Under the pieces are notes generated by a model. That model did no database searches. It saw only the letters and a program-made list of their open reading frames with translations, and was not told where the DNA came from. Made by a program: the position numbers and the translations under genes. This document shows, piece by piece, positions 56,416 through 64,000 of a DNA stretch of 64,000 nt; position 1 is the first letter of the stretch, and the number at the start of each line of letters is the position of its first letter. This DNA is from an uncultured Pseudomonadota bacterium (GTDB taxonomy: Bacteria; Pseudomonadota; Alphaproteobacteria; Acetobacterales; Acetobacteraceae), in the NCBI GenBank assembly GCA_963736885.1, contig CAVTQN010000007.1, positions 144,953 to 208,952 on the forward strand. Reading direction: 5' to 3'.

Positions 56416-57408
56416 ATGCACGACCATGACCACGACCATGACCACGACCACGACCATGACCATGACCATGACCACGGCCATGGCCACCATCATGGCCATC
56501 ACCACGGCATAGGCGGCCATAGCCACGCGCCCGCCGATTATGGCAGGGCCTTCGCCATCGGCTTCGCGCTCAACCTCGCCTACGTTCTGGGCGAGGCGTT
56601 TTACGGCGTTGCCGGGCATTCCCTCGCGCTGCTGGCCGATGCCGGGCATAATCTCAGCGACGTTCTGGGCCTGGCCGGCGCCTGGGGCGCCACCTGGCTG
56701 GGGCAGAAACTGCCAACCAGCCGCTACACTTACGGCCTGCGCCGCTCCTCCATCCTGACGGCGCTGGGCAATGCCGTACTGCTTCTGGTGGTCACCGGCG
56801 GCATCGCCTGGGAGGCGATCTTGCGCCTGGTCTCGCCGGGGCATCCGGGCGGCACCGTCATCATGGTTGTGGCGGCGGTTGGCATCTTCGTTAACGGTGT
56901 CACGGCGCTGCTTTTCATGTCCGGCCGGAAGGGGGATTTGAATGTCCGCGGCGCCTTCATGCACATGGCCGCCGATGCCCTGGTCTCGGCCGGCACGGTG
57001 GTTGCCGGTGCGGTGATTCTCTGGACCGGCTTGGGCTGGGTGGACCCGCTGGTGAGCCTTGTCATCAGCGCGGTGATCATCGTCGGGACCTGGGCCCTGC
57101 TGCGGGATTCGATCAATCTTTCGCTCGATGCCGTGCCGAATGGCATAGACCGCGACGCGGTGGAAACCTATCTGCGCGCCCTGCCGGGGATCGAGGCGTT
57201 CCATGACCTGCACATCTGGGGGCTGAGCACCACGGATGTCGCGCTCACCGTGCATCTGGTGCAGCAGGAGAGCGCGGGCGCGGAGGCGCTGCTGCCAGGC
57301 ATCGCGGATGAAATGCGCGCGCGCTTTGGCATCGGCCATGCGACCATCCAGCTTGAAACGCTGGAAACCGCCGAGGCCTGCCGCCTGCGGCCCGATCACG
57401 TCATTTAA
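56416..57408 (+). CDS. Cation diffusion facilitator (CzcD/ZitB-like) with (HD)9-His-rich N-terminus
   Basis: MHDHDHDHDHDHDHDHDHDHGHGHHHGHHHG... then HSLALLADAGHNLSDV and MHMAADALVS (CDF signature). Confidence 0.88.
   Translation: MHDHDHDHDHDHDHDHDHDHGHGHHHGHHHGIGGHSHAPADYGRAFAIGFALNLAYVLGEAFYGVAGHSLALLADAGHNLSDVLGLAGAWGATWLGQKLPTSRYTYGLRRSSILTALGNAVLLLVVTGGIAWEAILRLVSPGHPGGTVIMVVAAVGIFVNGVTALLFMSGRKGDLNVRGAFMHMAADALVSAGTVVAGAVILWTGLGWVDPLVSLVISAVIIVGTWALLRDSINLSLDAVPNGIDRDAVETYLRALPGIEAFHDLHIWGLSTTDVALTVHLVQQESAGAEALLPGIADEMRARFGIGHATIQLETLETAEACRLRPDHVI
56419..56508 (+). repeat. Coding hexanucleotide tandem repeat (CAC/CAT-GAC)x9 followed by His/Gly codons
   Basis: cacgaccatgaccacgaccatgaccacgaccacgaccatgaccatgaccatgaccacggccatggc... 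Confidence 0.8.
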
Positions 57409-57413
57409 GTCCC

Positions 57414-57450
57414 AGCCGCGGCCTTGGAGCGTTTCAAGGCCGCGGCTTTC
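57414..57450 (+). terminator. Hairpin terminator after the CDF gene
   Basis: 12-bp stem AGCCGCGGCCTT / AAGGCCGCGGCT with a 10-nt loop, followed by TTTC. Confidence 0.6.
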
Positions 57451-57577
57451 GCGGCGCCCAGCTCGGCATATGTTTTTGCCTTGCGGTAACAAATCATAAT
57501 TTGGTCACACGCAACCATTCCTCCCTGCACTAGCGAGGGCACCGGCTAAACAACATTCAACTTTCAGGTGAAGCGAA

Positions 57578-59287
57578 ATGAGCTTACGCAAATCCCTTCT
57601 CTGCGCGAGCGTTTGTGTGTCGGCGGCGCTGCTGGCGGCGACCAGTTGCGTGCAGGCCAAGGATCGTGACCATCTTTCGAACAAATCCGGCTCCCTCGCC
57701 CCGGCTGAGATCGCCCAGACCCGTGATGCCGCGGACCAGTTGCCGACCGCCACGCCGATCAAGCATGTCATCGTCATCTATGATGAGAACGTGTCGTTCG
57801 ATCATTATTTCGCTACCTATCCGCAGGCAACAAATCCTGATGGCGAGCCGAAATTCACCGCTTTGGCGCATACGCCGCAGGTGAATAATCTGGTCTCCGC
57901 CAATCTTCTGGCCAACAACCCGAACGCCACCAACAGCGCGAACGGCGCAGACGCGGCCAACCCCTTCCGTCTGGACCGCACCCAGGCCGCCACTTCCGAC
58001 CAGAACCACGCCTACACGGCCGAACAGCATGCCTATGACGGCGGCAAGGCCGACCTGTTTCCGAAATATACCGGCACGGCCACCTCGGGCGGCGTTGGCG
58101 CCTTCGGCACCAAGGGGGAGGTGATGGGCTATTATGACGGCAACACCGTCACCGCTCTGTGGAATTATGCCCAGCATTTCGCGATGGACGATAACGCCTT
58201 CACCAACACCTATGGGCCTTCGACCCCGGGTGCGCTGGAGGTCGTCTCCGGCAATACCGATGGTGTGCAGCTCGTCGCCAGCAGCAAATCTTCCTATTAC
58301 GTGAAGAACACGATCAACGGCCAGACCGACATCACGATGATCAACGACGTTGATCCCGCTCACGATGTCTGCTCCAGCAAGACCGATCAGGTCATGCTGA
58401 CCGGCAAGAACATCGGCGATCTGCTGAACAAGGCGGGCATCACCTGGGGCGGCTTCATGGGCGGTTTCGACCTCAACGCCACCAACGCCAACGCCACCAC
58501 CGGCTGCGGCCGCAGCACCGTGTCCGCCACGGTGGGCCAGACGGTGCCTGATTACATCCCGCACCATAACTGGTTCCAGTATTACGCCTCCACCGCCAAC
58601 CCGAACCATCTGCGCCCCGCCGGGCTGGTGGATGTGGGCTACAGCCACGACCATAACGGCGCCGCCGACCCGGCGAACCACGAGTACGACCTGAATGATT
58701 TCTACCAGGCCGTCGCCGCGGGCAATTTCCCTGCCGTGTCCTACATCAAGCTGCCGGCCTATCAGGATGCCCATGCCGGCTATTCCGACCCGCTGGACGA
58801 GCAGGCCGGGCTGGTCAAGCTGATTAATTTCATCCAGCAGCAGCCGGATTGGAAAAACACCGCGATCATCCTCGCCTGGGACGATTCCGACGGCTGGTAT
58901 GACCATGCCTTCGCCAAGACCACCAGCAGCTCCTTCGACAAGAAGGCCGACCAGCTGAACGGTCCCGGCAAGTGCGGCACCGGCACGCAGCCGAAGGGGC
59001 TTGCAGGCCAGCCGGTGAACGGGCGCTGCGGCCCCGGCACGCGTCTGCCCTTCCTGGTCATCTCTCCCTGGGCGAAGCCGAACTATGTCGACCATAACCT
59101 GATCACCCAGGCCTCTGTCGTCAGCTTCATCGAGGATAACTGGCTGCATGGCGCGCGCCTCGGCGGCGGCTCCTTCGACGCGCAGGATGAATCGATCATG
59201 GGTATGTTCGATTTCCATGGCGCGCACGCCACCCATCCGCTGCTGCTGGATGCCAGCAGCGGCGAGGTTGTCGCCGCTTCGCACTGA
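57578..59287 (+). CDS. Secreted phosphoesterase of the PlcN / AcpA (phospholipase C - acid phosphatase) family
   Basis: Signal peptide MSLRKSLLCASVCVSAALLAATSCVQA, then IKHVIVIYDENVSFDHYFATYP...NPFRLDR...DQNHAY...PHHNWFQYY...AWDDSDGWYDH. Confidence 0.8.
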   Translation: MSLRKSLLCASVCVSAALLAATSCVQAKDRDHLSNKSGSLAPAEIAQTRDAADQLPTATPIKHVIVIYDENVSFDHYFATYPQATNPDGEPKFTALAHTPQVNNLVSANLLANNPNATNSANGADAANPFRLDRTQAATSDQNHAYTAEQHAYDGGKADLFPKYTGTATSGGVGAFGTKGEVMGYYDGNTVTALWNYAQHFAMDDNAFTNTYGPSTPGALEVVSGNTDGVQLVASSKSSYYVKNTINGQTDITMINDVDPAHDVCSSKTDQVMLTGKNIGDLLNKAGITWGGFMGGFDLNATNANATTGCGRSTVSATVGQTVPDYIPHHNWFQYYASTANPNHLRPAGLVDVGYSHDHNGAADPANHEYDLNDFYQAVAAGNFPAVSYIKLPAYQDAHAGYSDPLDEQAGLVKLINFIQQQPDWKNTAIILAWDDSDGWYDHAFAKTTSSSFDKKADQLNGPGKCGTGTQPKGLAGQPVNGRCGPGTRLPFLVISPWAKPNYVDHNLITQASVVSFIEDNWLHGARLGGGSFDAQDESIMGMFDFHGAHATHPLLLDASSGEVVAASH

Positions 59288-59297
59288 AGAGCCTAGA

Positions 59298-59340
59298 GCA
59301 ATATCCAATCAAATGGATTCATTTGATTGGATGAAATTGC
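59298..59340. repeat. Palindromic hairpin element directly after a stop codon (family member 2)
   Basis: gcaatATCCAATCAAATGgattCATTTGATTGGATgaaattgc has a 13-bp perfect stem. The flanks CAATAT ... GAAATTG are the same as in the element at 6890-6946. Confidence 0.6.
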
Positions 59341-59409
59341 TTGATAAACCAAGGAGATAGAGCGTTTTTTCTGAGCGCATGCGAATAGAAAATGCTCTAG
59401 AAGACGCCA

Positions 59410-60801
59410 ATGCGTATTGTTTCAACTCTGGCGCTGATCCTGGCGCTTGGCGTTTGTGTGGCCGCCGTCGTCATCCTGCGCAGCCCGGTTCCGGCCGGAA
59501 GCTGGATGTCCAACCCTGTTGCGAGCTTCAAGATCGCACAGGGTGAGAATCCCGCCCCGGTGGAACTGGTCCGCCCGCAGGCCAAACCGCTCTCGGCCAT
59601 GGCGCAACTGGGCAAGCTGGTGTTTTACGACACCAGCTTTTCCTCTTCCGGCAAGCTGTCCTGCGCATCCTGCCACAGCCCGCAGCATTTTTATGGCCCG
59701 CCAACGGGTGCCTCCGCCATGATGGGCGGCCCGGACCTGACGCACCAGGGCGTACGCGCCGTGCCGTCGCTGATGTATCTGGAAACCCAGCCCAATTTCA
59801 GCATCGGCCCCGACCCCGCCGGGGATAATGATATGATGCCGTCCTTGCCGCAGCTCGCGGCGCAGGCCGCCACGGGCGCGCGCACCGCCAAAACCGCGCA
59901 GACCACCGCGCAAAGTGCGACCAATATCGTACCGCAAGGCGGCATGTTCTGGGACGGCCGCGCGGATACCCTGCAGCAGCAGGCGCTGGGTCCGATGCTC
60001 AACCCGCTGGAGATGGATGGCGGCAGCGTCGATCGCATCGCCGCGAAATTGCGCGCCGCCCCCTATGCAAACAATTTCGTCCAGCTCTTCGGCGCGGATA
60101 TTCTGAATGAACCGGACATGCTGGTGTCGGAGGCGGTGTTCGCCGTCGCCCGCTATCAGGTGGAGGAGCCGAGCTTCCATCCTTTCACCAGCAAGTACGA
60201 CGCCTGGCTGGAGGGCAAGGCGCGCCTGACGCGCGCGGAAATGCGCGGCTATATCCTGTTCAACGACCCGGCCAAGGGCGATTGCGCCGCCTGCCATCTC
60301 GACCAGCCCTCGCCCGACGGGCAGCCGCCTCTGTTCACCGACCACCAGTACGAGGCGCTGGGCGTGCCGCGCAATCCAGACCTCGCGGCCAACAAGAACC
60401 CCGCTTACTTCGATGAAGGCATCTGCGGTCCCTACCGCACGGATTTAGCAAAACAGACGCAATATTGCGGCATGTTCCTGACGCCGACATTGCGCGACGC
60501 CGCCACGCGCCAGGTGTTTTTCCATAATGGCATGTACCATTCCTTGCAGGGCGTGCTGGATTTCTACGATTTCCGCGACACCAATCCGGACAAGATCTAC
60601 CCCAGGGCCGGGGATGGAACTGTCGAGACATTCAACGATCTGCCGCAGAAAGACTGGAACAATATCGACAGCTCCGACCCGCCCTTCAACCGGCATCTTG
60701 GCGAGGCACCGGCGCTGACCCATGCGGAGGAAGAAGATATCATCGCCTTCCTCAAGACGCTGACCGATGGCTACATGCCGGCGCCGAAACAGCAAGGCTG
60801 A
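59410..60801 (+). CDS. Di-haem cytochrome c peroxidase / MauG-family protein
   Basis: Two CxxCH motifs (CASCH, CAACH), FWDGRADTLQQQALGPMLNPLEM, and an N-terminal membrane anchor or signal. Confidence 0.85.
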   Translation: MRIVSTLALILALGVCVAAVVILRSPVPAGSWMSNPVASFKIAQGENPAPVELVRPQAKPLSAMAQLGKLVFYDTSFSSSGKLSCASCHSPQHFYGPPTGASAMMGGPDLTHQGVRAVPSLMYLETQPNFSIGPDPAGDNDMMPSLPQLAAQAATGARTAKTAQTTAQSATNIVPQGGMFWDGRADTLQQQALGPMLNPLEMDGGSVDRIAAKLRAAPYANNFVQLFGADILNEPDMLVSEAVFAVARYQVEEPSFHPFTSKYDAWLEGKARLTRAEMRGYILFNDPAKGDCAACHLDQPSPDGQPPLFTDHQYEALGVPRNPDLAANKNPAYFDEGICGPYRTDLAKQTQYCGMFLTPTLRDAATRQVFFHNGMYHSLQGVLDFYDFRDTNPDKIYPRAGDGTVETFNDLPQKDWNNIDSSDPPFNRHLGEAPALTHAEEEDIIAFLKTLTDGYMPAPKQQG

Positions 60802-61115
60802 GGCGTGATTTCCGCCGTCCCGGAGGCGCTGAGCCCGCCGGGCTGGGGTGGCGCCCATCGGCTGGTCCTCTAACGGCCATTCACGGCGTGCCTGCCGCCG
60901 GACCAATGCGGCGGAAGCCCATGTTGAGGTGACTAAGAAGGCCCCGGAGCGATTCGAGGCGCTTGATTAGACGGAGCACGCTCAGCCCCCGGCATGAAGG
61001 CGAAGTGGCGAAGCTTTAATTGGTAGACAATGCGCACTCGGTGGTGCCTTCCCATGTAAGGCTGGCGGTCCCGCTGAATGCGGAAGCGTGCTCGCTACAA
61101 TGTGGAGGAAACAGC

Positions 61116-61502
61116 ATGAGCTACTCAAATTCAACGCCTTCGGGCACCGGACAAAAGCGCGAAATATTAGGAATCATCGCGGCCAGCAAAGTGAAGGGCA
61201 CGAAGGTTTACAATAAAGCAGGCGAAGCATTGGGGTCGATCTATGACCTCATGCTCGATAAGCAGAGCGGACACGTGTCCTATGCCGTTATGTCGTTCGG
61301 CGGCTTCCTGGGTATTGGCGAAAAATATCACCCGCTGCCATGGGATCAGCTGGCCTATAACACAGCGTATGATGGCTACGTGGTGGATTTAGATAAACGC
61401 GTTCTAGAGAATGCCCCTTCCTTCGGCGCGTCTGATGTCCCTGACTGGTCCTCCCCGACTTACCGGACCGGTATCGATGAGTATTACCATACCCGGCATT
61501 AG
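61116..61502 (+). CDS. PRC-barrel domain protein
   Basis: ...VKGTKVYNKAGEALGSIYDLMLDKQSGHVSYAVMSFGGFLGIGEKYHPLPW..., with a GGAGGA RBS before ATG 61116. Confidence 0.8.
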   Translation: MSYSNSTPSGTGQKREILGIIAASKVKGTKVYNKAGEALGSIYDLMLDKQSGHVSYAVMSFGGFLGIGEKYHPLPWDQLAYNTAYDGYVVDLDKRVLENAPSFGASDVPDWSSPTYRTGIDEYYHTRH

Positions 61503-61550
61503 TGGATGTAAGCCTGTGGTGTAGGCGAGGGGAGTTTTTCAAGGATTTGC

Positions 61551-61581
61551 GAGGCCCTGGAGTAATCTGGGGCCTTTTTTA
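61551..61581 (+). terminator. Rho-independent terminator after the PRC-barrel gene
   Basis: AGGCCC-tggagtaatctg-GGGCCT followed by TTTTTT. Confidence 0.75.
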
Positions 61582-61704
61582 CTTGGACGGGAGGGTGACG
61601 CCGCAGCCTGAGAGCAGGCATTTAGGACGCTAAGACCCTAAGCGGATCAAAAGCTTATTGTGCCGCTGGCGGTGGGCGCAGTCGTGTGAGAACTCGTCTC
61701 CGGC

Positions 61705-61906
61705 CCTGTTTTGCCTGATACTGCCTGTTTTCGCCTGTTATTTCATGAAAGAAGGCCGGAAAGGCACCCTTAACCTCCAATCTCACATTAATATCAGATG
61801 GTTATGCGCGATCGTAGAACAGGCGCCGATAAGCCGATAACAGGGTATGATCAGGGGAATATCAGGGTAATTTTCAGGTGCAAGAATCGGCCAGTTCTGG
61901 CCTGAT
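61705..61906. repeat. Array of at least 7 CCTGWTA-type heptamers in convergent orientation
   Basis: Forward copies: CCTGTTTTGCCTGATA (61705-61720) and CCTGTTTTCGCCTGTTAT (61724-61741). Reverse copies: ATAACAGG, TGATCAGG, TATCAGG and TTTCAGG (61838-61879). A final forward CCTGATA lies at 61900-61906. Confidence 0.6.
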
Positions 61907-62588
61907 AGGGGGTATGCCTCAACCCTCACCTCAGCTGAACGTCGGCCCGGCCTTGATGCCAGACTTCATGACCGGCGCCCTGATACTCAGCATCCTGGCG
62001 TGGCCGACCGCTGAGGAAGCTCCGCGGTTCCGTAAAGTCAGCCAGGAACTCATGGCGGAGGTGCTCCGCCAGACCAAACGCAGCAACCCGGGGGCCATAG
62101 ACAACCAGCGCAGGCTTTGGCCCCAATGCGATTGGAACGCTCTCCTGGCCATGGCTGACAAGCGGCGGATGGCCAGCGGCAGCCTTCGGAAGCGGCTCGA
62201 ACAACGCATGGTCGCTGCCAAGGTGGCCATAGCTCTGACCCATGACGAATTGTTTGGTCAGCCGGCAAGACTTCCTCCACCCCTGACCGGCTTGTCGATC
62301 GATCAGCTGGCGAACTCGGTCAGACAAGAAACCGTCATCGATGACCCAGAAAATGTCGAGAAGCTGGTTTGGCGGAAATCCTTGCCAATCGTCCACTTGG
62401 CGATTTCGATCCAACTCATCCTGAAGGGACAAGGCGGCGCCCTTCAATCGGTCCCGTGCGATACACAAGATATCGATTTCTTCCGGCGGGCCGTCCTGTT
62501 GGCCTGCGAGCTGGAGCCGATGGTTCTCGCCCATCCGGCGATCAACATCACCAATGACCAGCTTACTCGTGTTCGCTGGTGTGAGTAG
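61878..62588 (+). CDS. Hypothetical protein (about 225-236 aa)
   Basis: The ORF is intact with plausible codon composition. The alternative start is ATG 61914. No family was recognised. Confidence 0.45.
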   Translation: MQESASSGLIGGMPQPSPQLNVGPALMPDFMTGALILSILAWPTAEEAPRFRKVSQELMAEVLRQTKRSNPGAIDNQRRLWPQCDWNALLAMADKRRMASGSLRKRLEQRMVAAKVAIALTHDELFGQPARLPPPLTGLSIDQLANSVRQETVIDDPENVEKLVWRKSLPIVHLAISIQLILKGQGGALQSVPCDTQDIDFFRRAVLLACELEPMVLAHPAINITNDQLTRVRWCE

Positions 62589-62664
62589 CGCTGTATGAAT
62601 TTTTACCCTGCCCGAAGGCTGGACGTAGGAATACTTAGAAGCTCCTTTTGAACAGGAGCCTCCA

Positions 62665-64000
62665 GTGCCGACGACGTCCTCCTCGCTACGAAATACCAGG
62701 TTACAGTCCGAGTACCTCGCTGCCGGCGCCCTGAAGCCCATGCCAGGAGCGCCACGCCGGCACCCCAAATCCCAGATCTGGGCCTTGATGAAGTCCATCA
62801 AGGCTTTTGGGCAGGTCCTGCCGATCCTGGTGGACGAGCAGTCCCGCATCATCTCGGGCCACGCGCAACTGGAGGCGGCGATGCGCCTGGACCTCAGAGA
62901 GGTGCTGGTCATCCGCATCGAATACCTGACCGAACCGCAAACCAAGGCGTTGATGATCGCGCTCAACCGCTTGGCCGATCTCTCTGCCTGGGATGATCAA
63001 GCCCTGGGCACGGTGCTGCTCGAACTCAGCGAGCTCAACCTGGACTTTGATCTTGAGGCCACCGGCTTCTCCCTGGCCGAGATCGAGCTGAAGATCGAGG
63101 GTCTCGAAACCGCCGAGGACAAGGAGGAGCCGTTGTTTATGGCAACCGGCCCCGCTATCGCGCAGCCCGGCGACCTTTGGCAACTGGGCGATCACCGCCT
63201 GCTGTGCGGCAACGCTCTCGAGGCAAAAAGTTGGGAGCGCCTCATGGACACCGACGTGGCGGCGCTCATAGTCACGGACCCGCCGTATAATGTCCCAATC
63301 GACGGCCACGTCTCCGGCCTTGGCCAGCATCGTCACCGGGAGTTCGCCATGGCCACCGGCGAGATGGACGACGCTGAATTTCAGCGGTTCCTGCAAACGG
63401 CCATGGCTCTTGCTCATCAATGGTCCGCCCCTGGCTCGGTCCATTACTGGGCCATGGATTGGCGCCATGTGGTTGAGATCGGCGCCGCCGGGCAGAATAT
63501 CTACGAACGATTCCTTAATATATGCGTGTGGTCAAAGAATCAGCCCGGAATGGGAAGCTTCTATCGTTCCCAGCATGAGCTGTTCTTCGTGTTCGCCAAG
63601 GGCGGCGCGCCGTCGCGGAACAATGTCCAGCTCGGCCGGTTCGGCCGTTCACGCAGTAACGTCTGGACCTACCCAGGTGCCGCCAGCCTTGCCCGCACGG
63701 CCGAGGAGGGGAACCCGCTTGCTATGCACCCGACGGTCAAGCCGTTGGCGCTTCTCTGCGACATCCTGCTGGACGCGAGCGTCAAGGGCGACATCATCGC
63801 CGATCCCTTTTGCGGCTCCGGCACCACCATCATCGCCGCCGAGAAGCATGGCCGTAGGGCACGGGCGATCGAACTCGACCCGCTCTACTGCGACACCATC
63901 ATCCGCCGCTGGCAACATTGGTCCGGCGAGAGCGCGATACGCGTGGCCGATGGCCTTAGCTTCAGTGCCGCCGAAGCGACAGGCCTCGACCGCGCGGCCC
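62665..64000 (+). CDS. ParB-like nuclease domain fused to a DNA methyltransferase (N6-A/N4-C, DPPY motif); 3' end beyond the window
   Basis: My translation from GTG 62665 (AGGAG RBS) gives ...HPKSQIWALMKSIKAFGQVLPILVDEQSRIISGHAQLEAA... (ParB N-domain), ...LIVTDPPYNV... and ...DPFCGSGTTIIAAEKHGR... (MTase motifs IV and I). It is not in the ORF track because no stop lies within the window. Confidence 0.8.
   Translation, partial: MPTTSSSLRNTRLQSEYLAAGALKPMPGAPRRHPKSQIWALMKSIKAFGQVLPILVDEQSRIISGHAQLEAAMRLDLREVLVIRIEYLTEPQTKALMIALNRLADLSAWDDQALGTVLLELSELNLDFDLEATGFSLAEIELKIEGLETAEDKEEPLFMATGPAIAQPGDLWQLGDHRLLCGNALEAKSWERLMDTDVAALIVTDPPYNVPIDGHVSGLGQHRHREFAMATGEMDDAEFQRFLQTAMALAHQWSAPGSVHYWAMDWRHVVEIGAAGQNIYERFLNICVWSKNQPGMGSFYRSQHELFFVFAKGGAPSRNNVQLGRFGRSRSNVWTYPGAASLARTAEEGNPLAMHPTVKPLALLCDILLDASVKGDIIADPFCGSGTTIIAAEKHGRRARAIELDPLYCDTIIRRWQHWSGESAIRVADGLSFSAAEATGLDRAA

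Noticed and set aside
56419-56508. Short tandem repeats as a CRISPR-like or VNTR array
   Set aside because: This is a 6-nt coding repeat inside a CDF gene, encoding His-Asp. There are no spacers and no cas genes.
57584-59308. 574-aa minus-strand ORF covering the whole phosphoesterase gene
   Set aside because: It is a full-length antisense ORF, but its sequence is Gly/Arg/Ala/Val-rich without motifs. The plus strand has a signal peptide and conserved AcpA/PlcN motifs.
61020-61115. EcfG-type general-stress promoter (GGAAC-N16-17-CGTT) upstream of the PRC-barrel gene
   Set aside because: The motif is not present. Only a sigma70-like CTGAAT-N16-TACAAT can be seen, and that is weak evidence, so no promoter is annotated.

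Overview
High-GC chromosomal segment, probably alphaproteobacterial; the family cannot be determined from sequence alone. Layout from left to right follows. (1) 1-16.6 kb is a housekeeping block: murA, dcd, two tandem tRNA-Gly(GCC), a thioredoxin/TPR protein, an MFS pump, nrdAB, a Kdo-hydroxylase-like gene, ispB, yajC and tRNA-Ser(TGA). (2) 16.64-32.07 kb is a roughly 15.4 kb genomic island inserted at tRNA-Ser and bounded by an exact 14-bp direct repeat. It carries a frameshifted integrase, an excisionase-like HTH, a prim-pol plus P4-alpha-like helicase, decayed phage structural genes, and intact DUF2213 and large-terminase genes. It also carries a strikingly AT-rich two-gene cassette (GT-A-type glycosyltransferase plus a 92-aa orphan), an RHH protein, CSD and PilZ genes, and a MobV fragment. 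(3) 32.1-37.4 kb is a sulfonate (ssu) locus with an unusual FAD/NAD(P)-binding gene coupled to ssuB. (4) 38.9-46.7 kb is an ECF sigma / ChrR anti-sigma pair. It is flanked by two operons of Cfa-type methyltransferases, DUF1365, an amine-oxidase-like flavoprotein, DUF2177 and DUF1295. The two divergent promoters share TGATCC-N16-CGTA, so this looks like a singlet-oxygen / furan-fatty-acid type cluster. (5) 46.7-61.5 kb holds an AidB-like dehydrogenase, a PAS-GGDEF protein, a heavily frameshifted cytosine/purine permease, LysR plus agmatinase, MocR plus DMT, an RcnR-like repressor plus His-rich CDF, a PlcN/AcpA-type phosphoesterase plus di-haem peroxidase, and a PRC-barrel protein. (6) 61.7-64.0 kb begins a second mobile-looking region: an array of CCTGWTA heptamers, a hypothetical gene and a ParB-DNA methyltransferase fusion. 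Many genes carry 1-nt frame breaks, distributed very unevenly. I cannot tell assembly error from pseudogenisation without reads. The best candidates for something undescribed are the AT-rich cassette in the island and the heptamer array with its adjacent element. No CRISPR array or rRNA was seen.
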